Shown: positions 30,189 through 38,433, counted from the stretch's first letter. The stretch is 64,000 nucleotides of DNA from Bacteroidales bacterium (GCA_017651425.1 JAGCCZ010000019.1:336-64335), one strand, 5' to 3'. Notes: generated from the letters alone by a model not told the origin. Numbers and translations: made by a program.

Positions 30189-30599
30189 TTAATTGTCAGA
30201 CTTTTTCCTCAAACTCACGATGGCCGCCACAACCTCCACCAAGCCGAGCACAAAATAGAGGTTGCTGATGGCATTGAAGCCCCATACCCACCATTCGAGG
30301 ACAATCCAGAGCATCAGGATGATGCCGCAGACGAGGACCGCCCACTGCGCGAGCGGATGCTTCTTGAAGAGCAGATACACTGCTGCTAATTGGGTAACAC
30401 CGTTCAGGAACAGCAGCACAAAGCCCGACGGGATGAAGTCGCGGAAGAAGATATCCGGCCAAGGCATTTTTGCACGCAGCATCTCTAACAGTGGCTCGCC
30501 GCCCCACGCTACACCCGTAGGGTCAATCCACATCATCACGGCACCGCCAATTGCGCCGATACCGATGAAAAGGGTCAGGATTTTTTCGAGTTTGAGCAT
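30189..30599 (-). CDS. Membrane protein, hypothetical (4 TM)
   Basis: 136-aa hydrophobic ORF. Confidence 0.5.
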   Translation of the reverse strand: MLKLEKILTLFIGIGAIGGAVMMWIDPTGVAWGGEPLLEMLRAKMPWPDIFFRDFIPSGFVLLFLNGVTQLAAVYLLFKKHPLAQWAVLVCGIILMLWIVLEWWVWGFNAISNLYFVLGLVEVVAAIVSLRKKSDN

Positions 30600-30645
30600 A
30601 CAATTATGGATTAATTATACAATGTAATATCAGTGTTAATTGTTG

Positions 30646-30873
30646 TCAGCGTTTTCGTTTTGTTTTCATTAGGCAGATAAACAGAATGACAATCAGCACA
30701 TTGCTGACAATAAGAGAGATGAAGAGACTGTAAATGTGATGATAGTAATTGGATTCGGTCAGACAATAGTTGCCATCAACTAATGCGGCAATGCACATTA
30801 GGACTTCTAAAACGACGATGGCGATAAAAGCTAAAACTGAGAAGATTATTAATACTTTTCTCTTGTTATTCAT
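30646..30873 (-). CDS. Small membrane protein, hypothetical
   Basis: 75 aa from ATG 30873 (MNNKRKVLIIFSVLAFIAIVV...) with two TM helices. Confidence 0.4.
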   Translation of the reverse strand: MNNKRKVLIIFSVLAFIAIVVLEVLMCIAALVDGNYCLTESNYYHHIYSLFISLIVSNVLIVILFICLMKTKRKR

Positions 30874-31040
30874 ACCATTATTATTTCGAACGGCAAAAGT
30901 ACACAAAATGTGTGGATGCTTTTCATTTGGTGAAAAAATGAAATAGCATTCATTTTACGTTATATCTTTTATAAAAGAAATTTGCCGTAAATAATCATCT
31001 TTATATTTTTGGAAGATAAAAATCGCCGTGAATAAAAATT

Positions 31041-31104
31041 TTCCCGCAAACTGCGCAGAATAACGCAGACCTTTTTCTGCGTATATCAGCGAATTCTGCG
31101 GGAG
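31041..31104 (+). repeat. Triple-hexamer palindromic repeat, copy R3 (orientation A)
   Basis: ttcccgcaaactgcgcagaataacgcagacctttttctgcgtatatcagcgaattctgcgggag. Lies 3 nt from the stop of ORF 31108. Confidence 0.9.
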
Positions 31105-31107
31105 GAA

Positions 31108-31620
31108 TTATTCGCGGAACTCACTGATTTTATGATAGGCGTATCCAGACACCGTATCGAATACGAGCAAGTGATCGAACGGGGTGCGGATACAACGGTA
31201 ATATTGCAGATGGTCTTCCGGAACGACTTGCCATTCAATGAACACGGCGAAATATGCTTGTGGCAACGAACCGAATTTTTGTTCAATCTCTTCCCTACTG
31301 CAAGGCTTTAGTGTGCTGTCTGGGACAATATCCGAGTAACAACAAGGTTTTGACATAAGTGCAGACTCCACTTCGGCAGGTGAAGCTTTATATCGGAACC
31401 AGTAATTGTAAAGCGAACCATTTTCTCTTGCCCCAACACACTCGCGGTCAGCCAATTCCGGATACAAATCACCAATGTTGTATTCCTGTGCATTCCCATT
31501 CCACCAATTTGCCCATTTATGCTTAATCTTTGAGCAAGAAACCGATGCGAAAATGAAAAAGCATCCGAGGACTGCAACAACTACAAATTGTATAATCCGA
31601 TTATTTCTCATAGCAATCAT
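31108..31620 (-). CDS. Secreted or lipoprotein hypothetical protein
   Basis: 170 aa with N-terminal FVVVAVLGCFFIFASVSCSK. The stop is 3 nt from repeat copy R3. Confidence 0.5.
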   Translation of the reverse strand: MIAMRNNRIIQFVVVAVLGCFFIFASVSCSKIKHKWANWWNGNAQEYNIGDLYPELADRECVGARENGSLYNYWFRYKASPAEVESALMSKPCCYSDIVPDSTLKPCSREEIEQKFGSLPQAYFAVFIEWQVVPEDHLQYYRCIRTPFDHLLVFDTVSGYAYHKISEFRE

Positions 31621-31640
31621 CCAGCTTTTGATGTAATAAA

Positions 31641-31704
31641 TGCCCGCAAACTGTGCAGAATAACGCAGACCTTTTTCTGCGCAAGTCTGCGAGTTCCGCG
31701 GGAG
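31641..31704 (+). repeat. Triple-hexamer palindromic repeat, copy R4 (orientation A)
   Basis: tgcccgcaaactgtgcagaataacgcagacctttttctgcgcaagtctgcgagttccgcgggag. Lies 9 nt from the stop of ORF 31714 and 20 nt from the start codon at 31620. Confidence 0.9.
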
Positions 31705-31713
31705 AATAATCCG

Positions 31714-32211
31714 TTAACAAAACACCCACGCATACACCCCCGCCCCGATCAGGCACGGAATCAGTCCGATGAGCATTCCCCACAGCGACTGCACGAAGTG
31801 GTACTTTTTCTGATGGTAGGCCGCGTCCATGTGTTCGGTGCCGGGGAGGCGCACGGACTTCATATTGGCGAAGAGCACCCAGTCGAGAAAGAAGCAGTCG
31901 TACCAGTCGATGACGAACCAGATGCCGTAGCTCAGCGCGAACGCCGACCAGAAGTTATAGGCGCTGGCCAGCTTCATCAGCCCGAGCATCACAGCCAGGG
32001 TAACGAGCAGCGCAAAGCCCTTCTTAAGCAGCACGGTCTTGGTGAAGAACTTCGACGGCACGCGCTCGTGTGTCTTGAAGTACTCCTCTTGGATGTCCTC
32101 CGGATAGTCGTGAATCCACCACACGGGGTTCTTCACGAGCGGGATCAGAATCATGGCCGTGAACGCGGCGGTCATGACGAGGGTTTCGATGATGATGATG
32201 GTCCAGTTCAT
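31714..32211 (-). CDS. Membrane protein, hypothetical
   Basis: 165 aa, about 4 TM. The stop is 9 nt from repeat copy R4. Confidence 0.5.
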   Translation of the reverse strand: MNWTIIIIETLVMTAAFTAMILIPLVKNPVWWIHDYPEDIQEEYFKTHERVPSKFFTKTVLLKKGFALLVTLAVMLGLMKLASAYNFWSAFALSYGIWFVIDWYDCFFLDWVLFANMKSVRLPGTEHMDAAYHQKKYHFVQSLWGMLIGLIPCLIGAGVYAWVFC

Positions 32212-32243
32212 AGTTTTAGTGATCAGTGAACAGTGAATAGTGA

Positions 32244-33440
32244 TCAGTGAGTTGGTGAATGGTTAACGATTAGGTTCCGTTGTTTGGAGAACGGTGATTG
32301 GGTGTTCGTTTTGACTTTTTTCTTCTCCCCCAGCACGCACCACCGCACAAACGGAATCCGACGGACGGTTTCGTAAATTAGTGGCGACAGGGTGAAAACC
32401 GCTATAATAAGAATAAGGTACAGTGCCACTGGCGGTAGCTGAGTATAGACTTTCATCATATAGCCAAGGCTGACAATCACCAGATAATGAACGATGTAGA
32501 TGCCAAAACTGGAGCGGGTCATATATCCGGCAAAGGCGTTTGTCTTGTCGAATTTGGCAATGAACCAGCCCATCATGGCAAGGCACATAAACCCGCCATA
32601 GATGCAGTTGAAGGGGTCGGCAAGATACTGCGGTGTGGTGTTGTTCTCGCCGTATGTGTCAAATAAAAGATAAACGCAAGCCACAATGGCGCAAGCCATA
32701 TCTATCCACCAACCATCAGACAGGTATTTTTGTATCTTCTTTGACGAGAAGCAATAATAGCCCAGCAGGAAGAAAATAAGGTAGAACAGCGGCTTGTAGA
32801 GGTTGTAGAGTCCGTCTGCGGATTCGGGGCGCGGGTTGAAAATAAGCGTTTGCCCGCCGAGCCAATACAGCACACAAATACCAAAGAGCATAATCTTCGG
32901 AAGATACCAATATTCGTAGTCGTGAAAGTGTTTTTTAACCTTCTTATTCTTTATTTTGAAATGCCAGTCCCTCGTTATCCGCCGTATCAGCAGCAGAATC
33001 AGCGAGAACAGCCACAGATCCTGGATAAACCACAGCGGTCCCGTTCCGCTGACCGCCCAAACGCAAAACTTGAGAGGCTGTGGCACCGAAGCCAGCACAT
33101 CCGTCCCGCCCACGTGCGTGTTGAAGTAGCCCTCCATCCAATGGAACACGAACAGTCCGATGGTGGATGGGACCAGCAGCTTTAGGGTTCGGGACTTAAA
33201 CCACTCCTTGCCGGAATGTCTGTCTAACGCGTACTTTGCGCTGATGCCCGCCAAAATGAACAGCAGCGGCATGAACCAAGGATAGAGGATGTACATCAGC
33301 ACATCCTGGTACTGCGGACCGTCGCCGAAACCGCCCACACCGCCGAAAACGCCCTTGTTGTTGTAAAAGTAGATGACGTGATACAACAACACCAACATCA
33401 CGGTGACCCAACGCAGATTGTCAACCCAGTATTTTCTCAT
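32244..33440 (-). CDS. Acyltransferase family 3 membrane protein (OafA/OpgC-like)
   Basis: Start chosen at MRKYWVDNLRWVTVMLVLLYH, a typical acyltransferase_3 N-terminus. About 10 TM. Confidence 0.7.
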   Translation of the reverse strand: MRKYWVDNLRWVTVMLVLLYHVIYFYNNKGVFGGVGGFGDGPQYQDVLMYILYPWFMPLLFILAGISAKYALDRHSGKEWFKSRTLKLLVPSTIGLFVFHWMEGYFNTHVGGTDVLASVPQPLKFCVWAVSGTGPLWFIQDLWLFSLILLLIRRITRDWHFKIKNKKVKKHFHDYEYWYLPKIMLFGICVLYWLGGQTLIFNPRPESADGLYNLYKPLFYLIFFLLGYYCFSSKKIQKYLSDGWWIDMACAIVACVYLLFDTYGENNTTPQYLADPFNCIYGGFMCLAMMGWFIAKFDKTNAFAGYMTRSSFGIYIVHYLVIVSLGYMMKVYTQLPPVALYLILIIAVFTLSPLIYETVRRIPFVRWCVLGEKKKVKTNTQSPFSKQRNLIVNHSPTH

Positions 33441-33512
33441 AAAGCACTTTTTTCCGGCGGCAAAAGTACGCAAAATGCGGGGATGTGTTTTCATTTGGCG
33501 GAAAAATATTAT

Positions 33513-33577
33513 CTCCCGCAGAACTCGCAGATTTACGCAGAAAAAAGTCTGCGTTAGTCTGCGAAATCTGCGGGAAA
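33513..33577 (-). repeat. Triple-hexamer palindromic repeat, copy R5 (orientation B, the only inverted full copy)
   Basis: ctcccgcagaactcgcagatttacgcagaaaaaagtctgcgttagtctgcgaaatctgcgggaaa. Sits in the divergent promoter region between 33440 (-) and 33618 (+). Confidence 0.9.
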
Positions 33578-33585
33578 TATTTTTG

Positions 33586-33593
33586 TATTTTTG
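33586..33593 (+). promoter_or_regulatory. Bacteroidetes-type -7 promoter box (TAnnTTTG) for the M28 peptidase gene
   Basis: TATTTTTG lies 25 nt upstream of ATG 33618 and 8 nt after the end of repeat R5. Confidence 0.5.
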
Positions 33594-33617
33594 CCGCTGA
33601 ATTTAATACCCGAAGCA

Positions 33618-34892
33618 ATGAAAAAAACGACTCTGTTAGTATTGGCGTTTATATTGACGGCGATGATTCCTGGAACGCCGCTACAGGCGCAGGATCTGGA
33701 GTATTACAAACAGATTGTCAAAGAACTGAGCTCCGCAAAGTACCAGGGGCGCGGCTATGCCTACGGCGGCGCCAACAAGGCAGGGAAATACCTGTTGAAA
33801 GAGTACAAGAAAGCAGGCGTGGACGAAGTGAGATGCCAGCCGTTCACTATCGACATCAACACCTTCCCCGGCAAGATGGAAATGTTTGTGGATGGCAAGA
33901 AATTGACCCCGGGTGTCGATTTCTCGATGCGTGAATACTCGCCGGGCGTGCGCGGCACCTACAAACTCTACTATGTCGATACGAACAACTACGATGCCGA
34001 GAAGATGTTTGCCGACCTGGCGAAACCCGAGTACAAGGACTGCTTCGTGGTCTGCGACTTCTGGTTCTCCTACCGTCATTACGGCGACTTCCAGAAGATC
34101 TGGGGCGGTACTGAATGCGCCAACGCCGGGATGATCCAGACGTGGCCTCCCTTGCTGAAATTCTACAAGGCCTACGGCGAGAAGGTGATGGGCAAGCCCG
34201 TCATCTGGGCCACCTCCGACTTCCCGAAGGATGCCAAAACCATCACCGTCAACATCGAGAACGAGTTTCTGAAGGACTACGAACTCTTCAACGTCATCGC
34301 CAAGGTGGAGGGTCGGCGGCACGACAGCTGCTTCGTTTTCACGGCGCACTACGATCACCTCGGCAACCTCGGCAAGAAGGTGTTCTATGCAGGTGCCAAC
34401 GACAACGCCTCCGGCACCGCCGCTATCGTGACCCTCGCGGCCTACTACGCCCAAAACCGTCCCGAATACGATATGTACTTCATCGCCTTCTCCGGCGAGG
34501 ACGCCAACCTTCGCGGCTCGGAATATTACGTGGATCACAACCCCGTCGTGCCGCTCTCGCAGATTAAGTACCTGTTCAACATCGATATGATCGGCGACAA
34601 CAACCCGGTGCAGTACTGCGAGGTCAGCGACGAGGGATTGCGCGGTTACGCTTTGATGGAGCGAATCAACGATGAGAAACACCATTTCAAAGGATTGAAC
34701 CGTGCCGAGTTGGAGGGCAACAGCGACCACTACCCGTTCGCCCTGCGCCACGTGCCGTGCATCCTCTTCGAGAACGAGAGCGGCGACGCGTTCCAGTACT
34801 ACCACACCGTCAACGACGACTGGGAGCACGCGGTGTTCGACACGTACGAGCCGCTGTTCCGGTTGGTGCGGGATTTCATCGAAAAGTATTGA
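33618..34892 (+). CDS. M28 family zinc peptidase (aminopeptidase)
   Basis: Signal peptide MKKTTLLVLAFILTAMIPG. AHYDHLG, GANDNASGTA, FSGEDANLRGSEYY, NIDMIG and SDHYPF are the M28 ligand and active-site blocks. Confidence 0.85.
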   Translation: MKKTTLLVLAFILTAMIPGTPLQAQDLEYYKQIVKELSSAKYQGRGYAYGGANKAGKYLLKEYKKAGVDEVRCQPFTIDINTFPGKMEMFVDGKKLTPGVDFSMREYSPGVRGTYKLYYVDTNNYDAEKMFADLAKPEYKDCFVVCDFWFSYRHYGDFQKIWGGTECANAGMIQTWPPLLKFYKAYGEKVMGKPVIWATSDFPKDAKTITVNIENEFLKDYELFNVIAKVEGRRHDSCFVFTAHYDHLGNLGKKVFYAGANDNASGTAAIVTLAAYYAQNRPEYDMYFIAFSGEDANLRGSEYYVDHNPVVPLSQIKYLFNIDMIGDNNPVQYCEVSDEGLRGYALMERINDEKHHFKGLNRAELEGNSDHYPFALRHVPCILFENESGDAFQYYHTVNDDWEHAVFDTYEPLFRLVRDFIEKY

Positions 34893-34900
34893 TATTTAGC

Positions 34901-34964
34901 TTCCCGCAGATTTCGCAGATTAACGCAGACTTTTTTCTGCGGGTTCTGCGAGTTCAGCGGGAAT
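34901..34964 (+). repeat. Triple-hexamer palindromic repeat, copy R6 (orientation A)
   Basis: ttcccgcagatttcgcagattaacgcagacttttttctgcgggttctgcgagttcagcgggaat. Starts 8 nt after the M28 peptidase stop. Confidence 0.9.
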
Positions 34965-35067
34965 AACATCTCCAGTAGATCTCACAAACTGGTGCTAAAA
35001 AGCACTAACCTCAATGTGTATCTTGCACAATGTGGGATATGACACTTCACTCTGGAATTCGCATCAC

Positions 35068-35514
35068 CTATCGAGATAACTGACAAACCGGTTTTTCTTG
35101 CAGATAGATTGTCACTGCCTTAATCACCGAAATCCCTTCCGATTCCTCTTTGCCAACAAACAAGTCAAAGTCGGCAAACATGTGGAAGTGGTCACCAGTC
35201 TCATAGATGATGTTCAGGATATATTGCATCTCCGAGAAGCCATCCTCATCAAAATGAAATTGTACATTGGATGATTCCAGGTCACACAAGCACATAATGT
35301 GGTAATCAGTACCGGAAAAGGTCTCCTTTGGGGCAGGTTTCACCTCCAAACAACGGACACTTATCATATCCGATGTGGTATTTGACAGTGGGAAACTCAA
35401 TTCCCCCTTTTTGCTCTGCAACAATTCCATAAACTGAAGTAGCCCATCTTTGTCAAGAGTAATCTCGACATAGTTGGTAGGGAAGAATATTAGTTTACTC
35501 ATAGGTGATAACAT
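35068..35514 (-). CDS. Hypothetical cytoplasmic protein (possibly immunity-like)
   Basis: 148 aa with no signal peptide. I recognise no family. Sits just downstream of the YafQ/DinJ pair. Confidence 0.4.
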   Translation of the reverse strand: MLSPMSKLIFFPTNYVEITLDKDGLLQFMELLQSKKGELSFPLSNTTSDMISVRCLEVKPAPKETFSGTDYHIMCLCDLESSNVQFHFDEDGFSEMQYILNIIYETGDHFHMFADFDLFVGKEESEGISVIKAVTIYLQEKPVCQLSR

Positions 35515-35593
35515 GCTTTATCTTGAATGAAACAGCAGATGTTTTTTGTCTCCGCGTATCACACGTATATGCACGTGATGTTTTTGCAAGATA

Positions 35594-35869
35594 CTATTGA
35601 CCAAACAATTCCACGTGACTTCCCAATCTGACGAGCTGGATGATATTGTTCACTTCGTCAATCCAAATCAGCAGAAAATCCCCTTGAATATGGCATTCCA
35701 TACAACCTTTGTACCTGCCGTGGAGTTTATGGGGAAAATATTCCGCTGGAATAGGTTTCCCTTTTTGCAACAAAAGGAGAACTTCCCTAAGCAGTGCGAC
35801 TTTTTCAACGTTATTCTTGATACGTTTAAAGTCTTTTTTGTACTGAGTGGTTGGTTGCAGTTTTTTCAT
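35594..35869 (-). CDS. Type II toxin, YafQ/RelE family mRNA interferase
   Basis: 91 aa. YKKDFKR...HKLHGRYKGCMECHIQGDFLLIW...LVRLGSHVELF matches the YafQ pattern. Overlaps the antitoxin stop by 4 nt. Confidence 0.8.
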   Translation of the reverse strand: MKKLQPTTQYKKDFKRIKNNVEKVALLREVLLLLQKGKPIPAEYFPHKLHGRYKGCMECHIQGDFLLIWIDEVNNIIQLVRLGSHVELFGQ

Positions 35870-36117
35870 TCTGTCGCACTCAAATCATCTAACAAGTCGT
35901 CCACACTATCATAGACCTTATTTTGGTTACGCCCTGACATGGCTTCTGCGATAGCCGCTTTTGTTATATCGTTGGGCTCATCATAAACCACGTCAAGCAG
36001 AACGCTTTCCACATAGTTGTTGAGCGTTCTGTTCACCTTGGCGGCATTTTGTTTCAGCCGTTCCAACAGGTCTGTTCTAAGACGGAACGAAGTGTTCTTT
36101 CTTACAATAGTTTCCAT
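35866..36117 (-). CDS. Type II antitoxin (RHH / DinJ-RelB-like)
   Basis: 83 aa. SFRLRTDLLERLKQNAAKVNRTLNNYVESVL is a ribbon-helix-helix-like N-terminus. Translationally coupled to the toxin. Confidence 0.7.
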   Translation of the reverse strand: METIVRKNTSFRLRTDLLERLKQNAAKVNRTLNNYVESVLLDVVYDEPNDITKAAIAEAMSGRNQNKVYDSVDDLLDDLSATE

Positions 36118-36204
36118 TTGTAATACAATTAAATATTTTTGGCTGCAAAAATAATATTTTTTTTCGGATAGAAAGCAGATTGTCTAAAAAAAGTATTTTT
36201 GTCG

Positions 36205-36229
36205 AAAATAACGAACCACTATGTCAAAG
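36205..36229 (+). repeat. 25-bp perfect direct repeat, left copy (duplicate of the promoter-proximal leader and first 3 codons of gene 37219)
   Basis: aaaataacgaaccactatgtcaaag is identical to 37203-37227. Confidence 0.9.
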
Positions 36230-36256
36230 CGCAAGTCTGCGAGTTCCGGGGGAAAA
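36230..36256 (+). repeat. Right half of the palindromic repeat, copy R7 (orientation A)
   Basis: cgcaagtctgcgagttccgggggaaaa. The left arm is missing. It begins directly after the 25-bp duplicated segment 36205-36229. Confidence 0.75.
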
Positions 36257-36294
36257 TATTTTTCCTATTTTCGCGCCCATAAAAACATCCCGTT

Positions 36295-37113
36295 ATGAAG
36301 AAATACAGAGCCCCCATCCTCCTGTTCGCCATTTTCGAGGTCATTGCCGTATCGCTTTGGCTCTCAACAGGTAACCTCTTCTTTCTGCTGAACTTTTCCT
36401 ACATCGGCATCTGCCTCGGCGTCGGGGGAATATTGATGACAGCAGGGTGGAAACACGCCCGTGAGTTCGTGCAGTTCACCGTAGGCAGCTACATTCTGGT
36501 GTTCCTCGGCCTTGTCTGTCGCGAGAACATGCAGATAGAGGGATTCTGGTACTATCTGCTCTCCGGGGTTGTCGGGGCGGGGGTGCTGCACTACCTCATC
36601 GCCAAGATCTTCGGGCCGTTGCTGTTCGGGCGCGGCTGGTGCGGGTTTGCCTGCTGGACCGCGATGATTCTCGACCTGTTGCCGTACAAGCAGCCCGCGA
36701 AACTACGGAAATCCTTCGGATGGGTGCGCTATGTGATGTTCGCGCTGTCGCTCGCCATCGTCATCCTGCTGATGTGCCTCGGCAAAGCCGACAAAACCAC
36801 GATGTTCTACCTTTTCGTGGCCGGGAATGTGCTCTACTACGCCGTCGGAATCGTCCTGGCTGTCGTGTTGAAGGACAACCGCGCCTTCTGCAAGTACATC
36901 TGCCCCATCACCGTCTTCCTCAAACCGATGAGCTACTTCTCCTTACTGCGCATCAAGTGCGACGAGGAGAAGTGCATCCATTGCGACAAGTGCCTGAAAG
37001 TCTGCCCGATGGAGGTGGAGGTCAACAACAACTCGCGCAAGCGGAAGAACGCCACCGAGTGCATCCTCTGCCAGCAGTGCAAGAAGGCGTGCCCGGTGGG
37101 GGCGCTGAAATAG
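36295..37113 (+). CDS. Membrane-bound 4Fe-4S binding protein (NapH/MauN-like)
   Basis: 272 aa, about 6 TM, with C-terminal CIHCDKCLKVCP and CILCQQCKKACP ferredoxin motifs. Confidence 0.7.
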   Translation: MKKYRAPILLFAIFEVIAVSLWLSTGNLFFLLNFSYIGICLGVGGILMTAGWKHAREFVQFTVGSYILVFLGLVCRENMQIEGFWYYLLSGVVGAGVLHYLIAKIFGPLLFGRGWCGFACWTAMILDLLPYKQPAKLRKSFGWVRYVMFALSLAIVILLMCLGKADKTTMFYLFVAGNVLYYAVGIVLAVVLKDNRAFCKYICPITVFLKPMSYFSLLRIKCDEEKCIHCDKCLKVCPMEVEVNNNSRKRKNATECILCQQCKKACPVGALK

Positions 37114-37117
37114 TTCT

Positions 37118-37181
37118 CTCCCGCAGATCTCGCAGAACATCGCAAATCTTTTTTCTGCGCAAATCAGCGAGTTCAGCGGGA
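37118..37181 (+). repeat. Triple-hexamer palindromic repeat, copy R8 (orientation A)
   Basis: ctcccgcagatctcgcagaacatcgcaaatcttttttctgcgcaaatcagcgagttcagcggga. Starts 4 nt after the 4Fe-4S protein stop. Confidence 0.9.
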
Positions 37182-37188
37182 TAATTTT

Positions 37189-37196
37189 TATTTTTG
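37189..37196 (+). promoter_or_regulatory. Bacteroidetes-type -7 promoter box for lipoprotein gene 37219
   Basis: TATTTTTG lies 23 nt upstream of the ATG and 7 nt after the end of repeat R8. Confidence 0.5.
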
Positions 37197-37202
37197 CACT
37201 CC

Positions 37203-37227
37203 AAAATAACGAACCACTATGTCAAAG
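37203..37227 (+). repeat. 25-bp perfect direct repeat, right copy (contains the ATG of the lipoprotein gene at 37219)
   Basis: aaaataacgaaccactatgtcaaag is identical to 36205-36229, 998 bp upstream. Confidence 0.9.
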
Positions 37228-38406
37228 AGAATCTTAAGCATTCTGTTTGTAGCACTGTCGGCAACGCTCTTCTTGACTGCCTGCAAGGTCGGCGGGAAGA
37301 CGACGACAGTCACGATGGAGGAGTTTCGGAACACCGACCTTTCGCGGATGATTATACCGGACTCCATCCTGACAAACCCCGACTACTGTTCCCAAAAGGA
37401 TGAGTTTATGTTCATCGAAAAAACCTCCGAGTTCGAGCCCATCGGGTATCGAGGCCGTGACTTCCAACGGTTCTACATCCATTACGACAGCGTCCGTTTT
37501 ATGGGCAATGGAGTCTATAAGGTGGAGGGACGCACCCGCTACCGCGACACTATCCGGCTTTTCTCCGGGACCATCACGCTGGACTCTATGCGCCTGAACA
37601 AAGGGAAGCACCTACCGTCAACGGGTAAATTCGGGAAGTTGTGCGGGCATTTCCAGTTCGATGAGGACGAATTTTCCGGCGGCGGGGTCCTGACGGGCAA
37701 AATGTGGATTGGCTTCGCAAAAATTAACGGGCGGTTCTACTACGATGCTTTTAAGTTAGGTTTGGCCGACGGTTACAGTAACCGCCAGTACGAGGGTGTG
37801 TGGACTTCGAAAGGCCTCACCCGGATGGAGAAATGCAACTGGGGCGATTTCCGGATACCCGATTCAAGAGGATTAGGGTCGGGTGAGGCTGAATTTATTT
37901 CCAGAGATTCGTGTCTCGACCGCGGATGGCGTATTTATACTTACGGTTGGGCCGAGAGTGATTCTTTACAGGCTATATATCAGGCGGATATGCAATGGTT
38001 TACCCACGAGGAAGACTATGTCATTCCCTATTCCGGACGGCTGCAGCGGTATCTGAAAGAGTACGGCTACGGAAAGAGTCAGCCCTCGGCAAAAGTGGTT
38101 TTGGGGACTATCCCGGTGACCTATGACGAATTTGAGATTTGGGTGTTGTTGCAAGGTGGCAAATTATGGACTACCACAAGCCAATACGCGCACGCCGACA
38201 GTGCAGGCATTATGTTTGCCTATATGCGTATGGGGCAATTGAGATTCCCAGACGGGGATTCCGATGCGATGTGGGAAGCTTTTTTTGATGATTACATCGT
38301 GTTGCAAAAGGAGCATCCTGCCCTTTTCGACCAATACCGCAAACAGTTGTCCGAAAAATGGAACCAAGCATTTGATGGCTGGAAGAAAGAGATGTACGGG
38401 GAGTAG
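37219..38406 (+). CDS. Lipoprotein, hypothetical, paralogue of 22863..24176
   Basis: 395 aa with lipobox LFLTAC. Shares FQRFYIHYD, DGYSNRQY and CNWGDFRIPDS blocks with 22863..24176. Confidence 0.55.
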   Translation: MSKRILSILFVALSATLFLTACKVGGKTTTVTMEEFRNTDLSRMIIPDSILTNPDYCSQKDEFMFIEKTSEFEPIGYRGRDFQRFYIHYDSVRFMGNGVYKVEGRTRYRDTIRLFSGTITLDSMRLNKGKHLPSTGKFGKLCGHFQFDEDEFSGGGVLTGKMWIGFAKINGRFYYDAFKLGLADGYSNRQYEGVWTSKGLTRMEKCNWGDFRIPDSRGLGSGEAEFISRDSCLDRGWRIYTYGWAESDSLQAIYQADMQWFTHEEDYVIPYSGRLQRYLKEYGYGKSQPSAKVVLGTIPVTYDEFEIWVLLQGGKLWTTTSQYAHADSAGIMFAYMRMGQLRFPDGDSDAMWEAFFDDYIVLQKEHPALFDQYRKQLSEKWNQAFDGWKKEMYGE

Positions 38407-38433
38407 GGACACAGTGCATTGCGTCTCCACAAT

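Noticed and set aside
33485-33934. ORFs whose translations contain PAELADLRRK(K/R)SA...CG-like peptides (33485..33934, 31601..31783, 37022..37204, and the N-terminal 69 residues of 27737..28561)
   Set aside because: The shared peptide is simply the translation of the palindromic repeat. These ORFs overlap real genes or intergenic DNA and are annotation artefacts.
33513-34964. Invertible promoter (phase-variation shufflon) around the M28 peptidase gene
   Set aside because: The inverted repeats enclose the whole gene together with its promoter, so inversion would not switch expression. No invertase gene is nearby. I retain it only as a possible historical inversion.
35541-35575. Imperfect palindrome atcacacgtatatgcacgtgat upstream of ORF 35514 as an operator
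   Set aside because: Only 6 of 8 positions pair and there is no adjacent regulator to link it to. The evidence is too weak to call.
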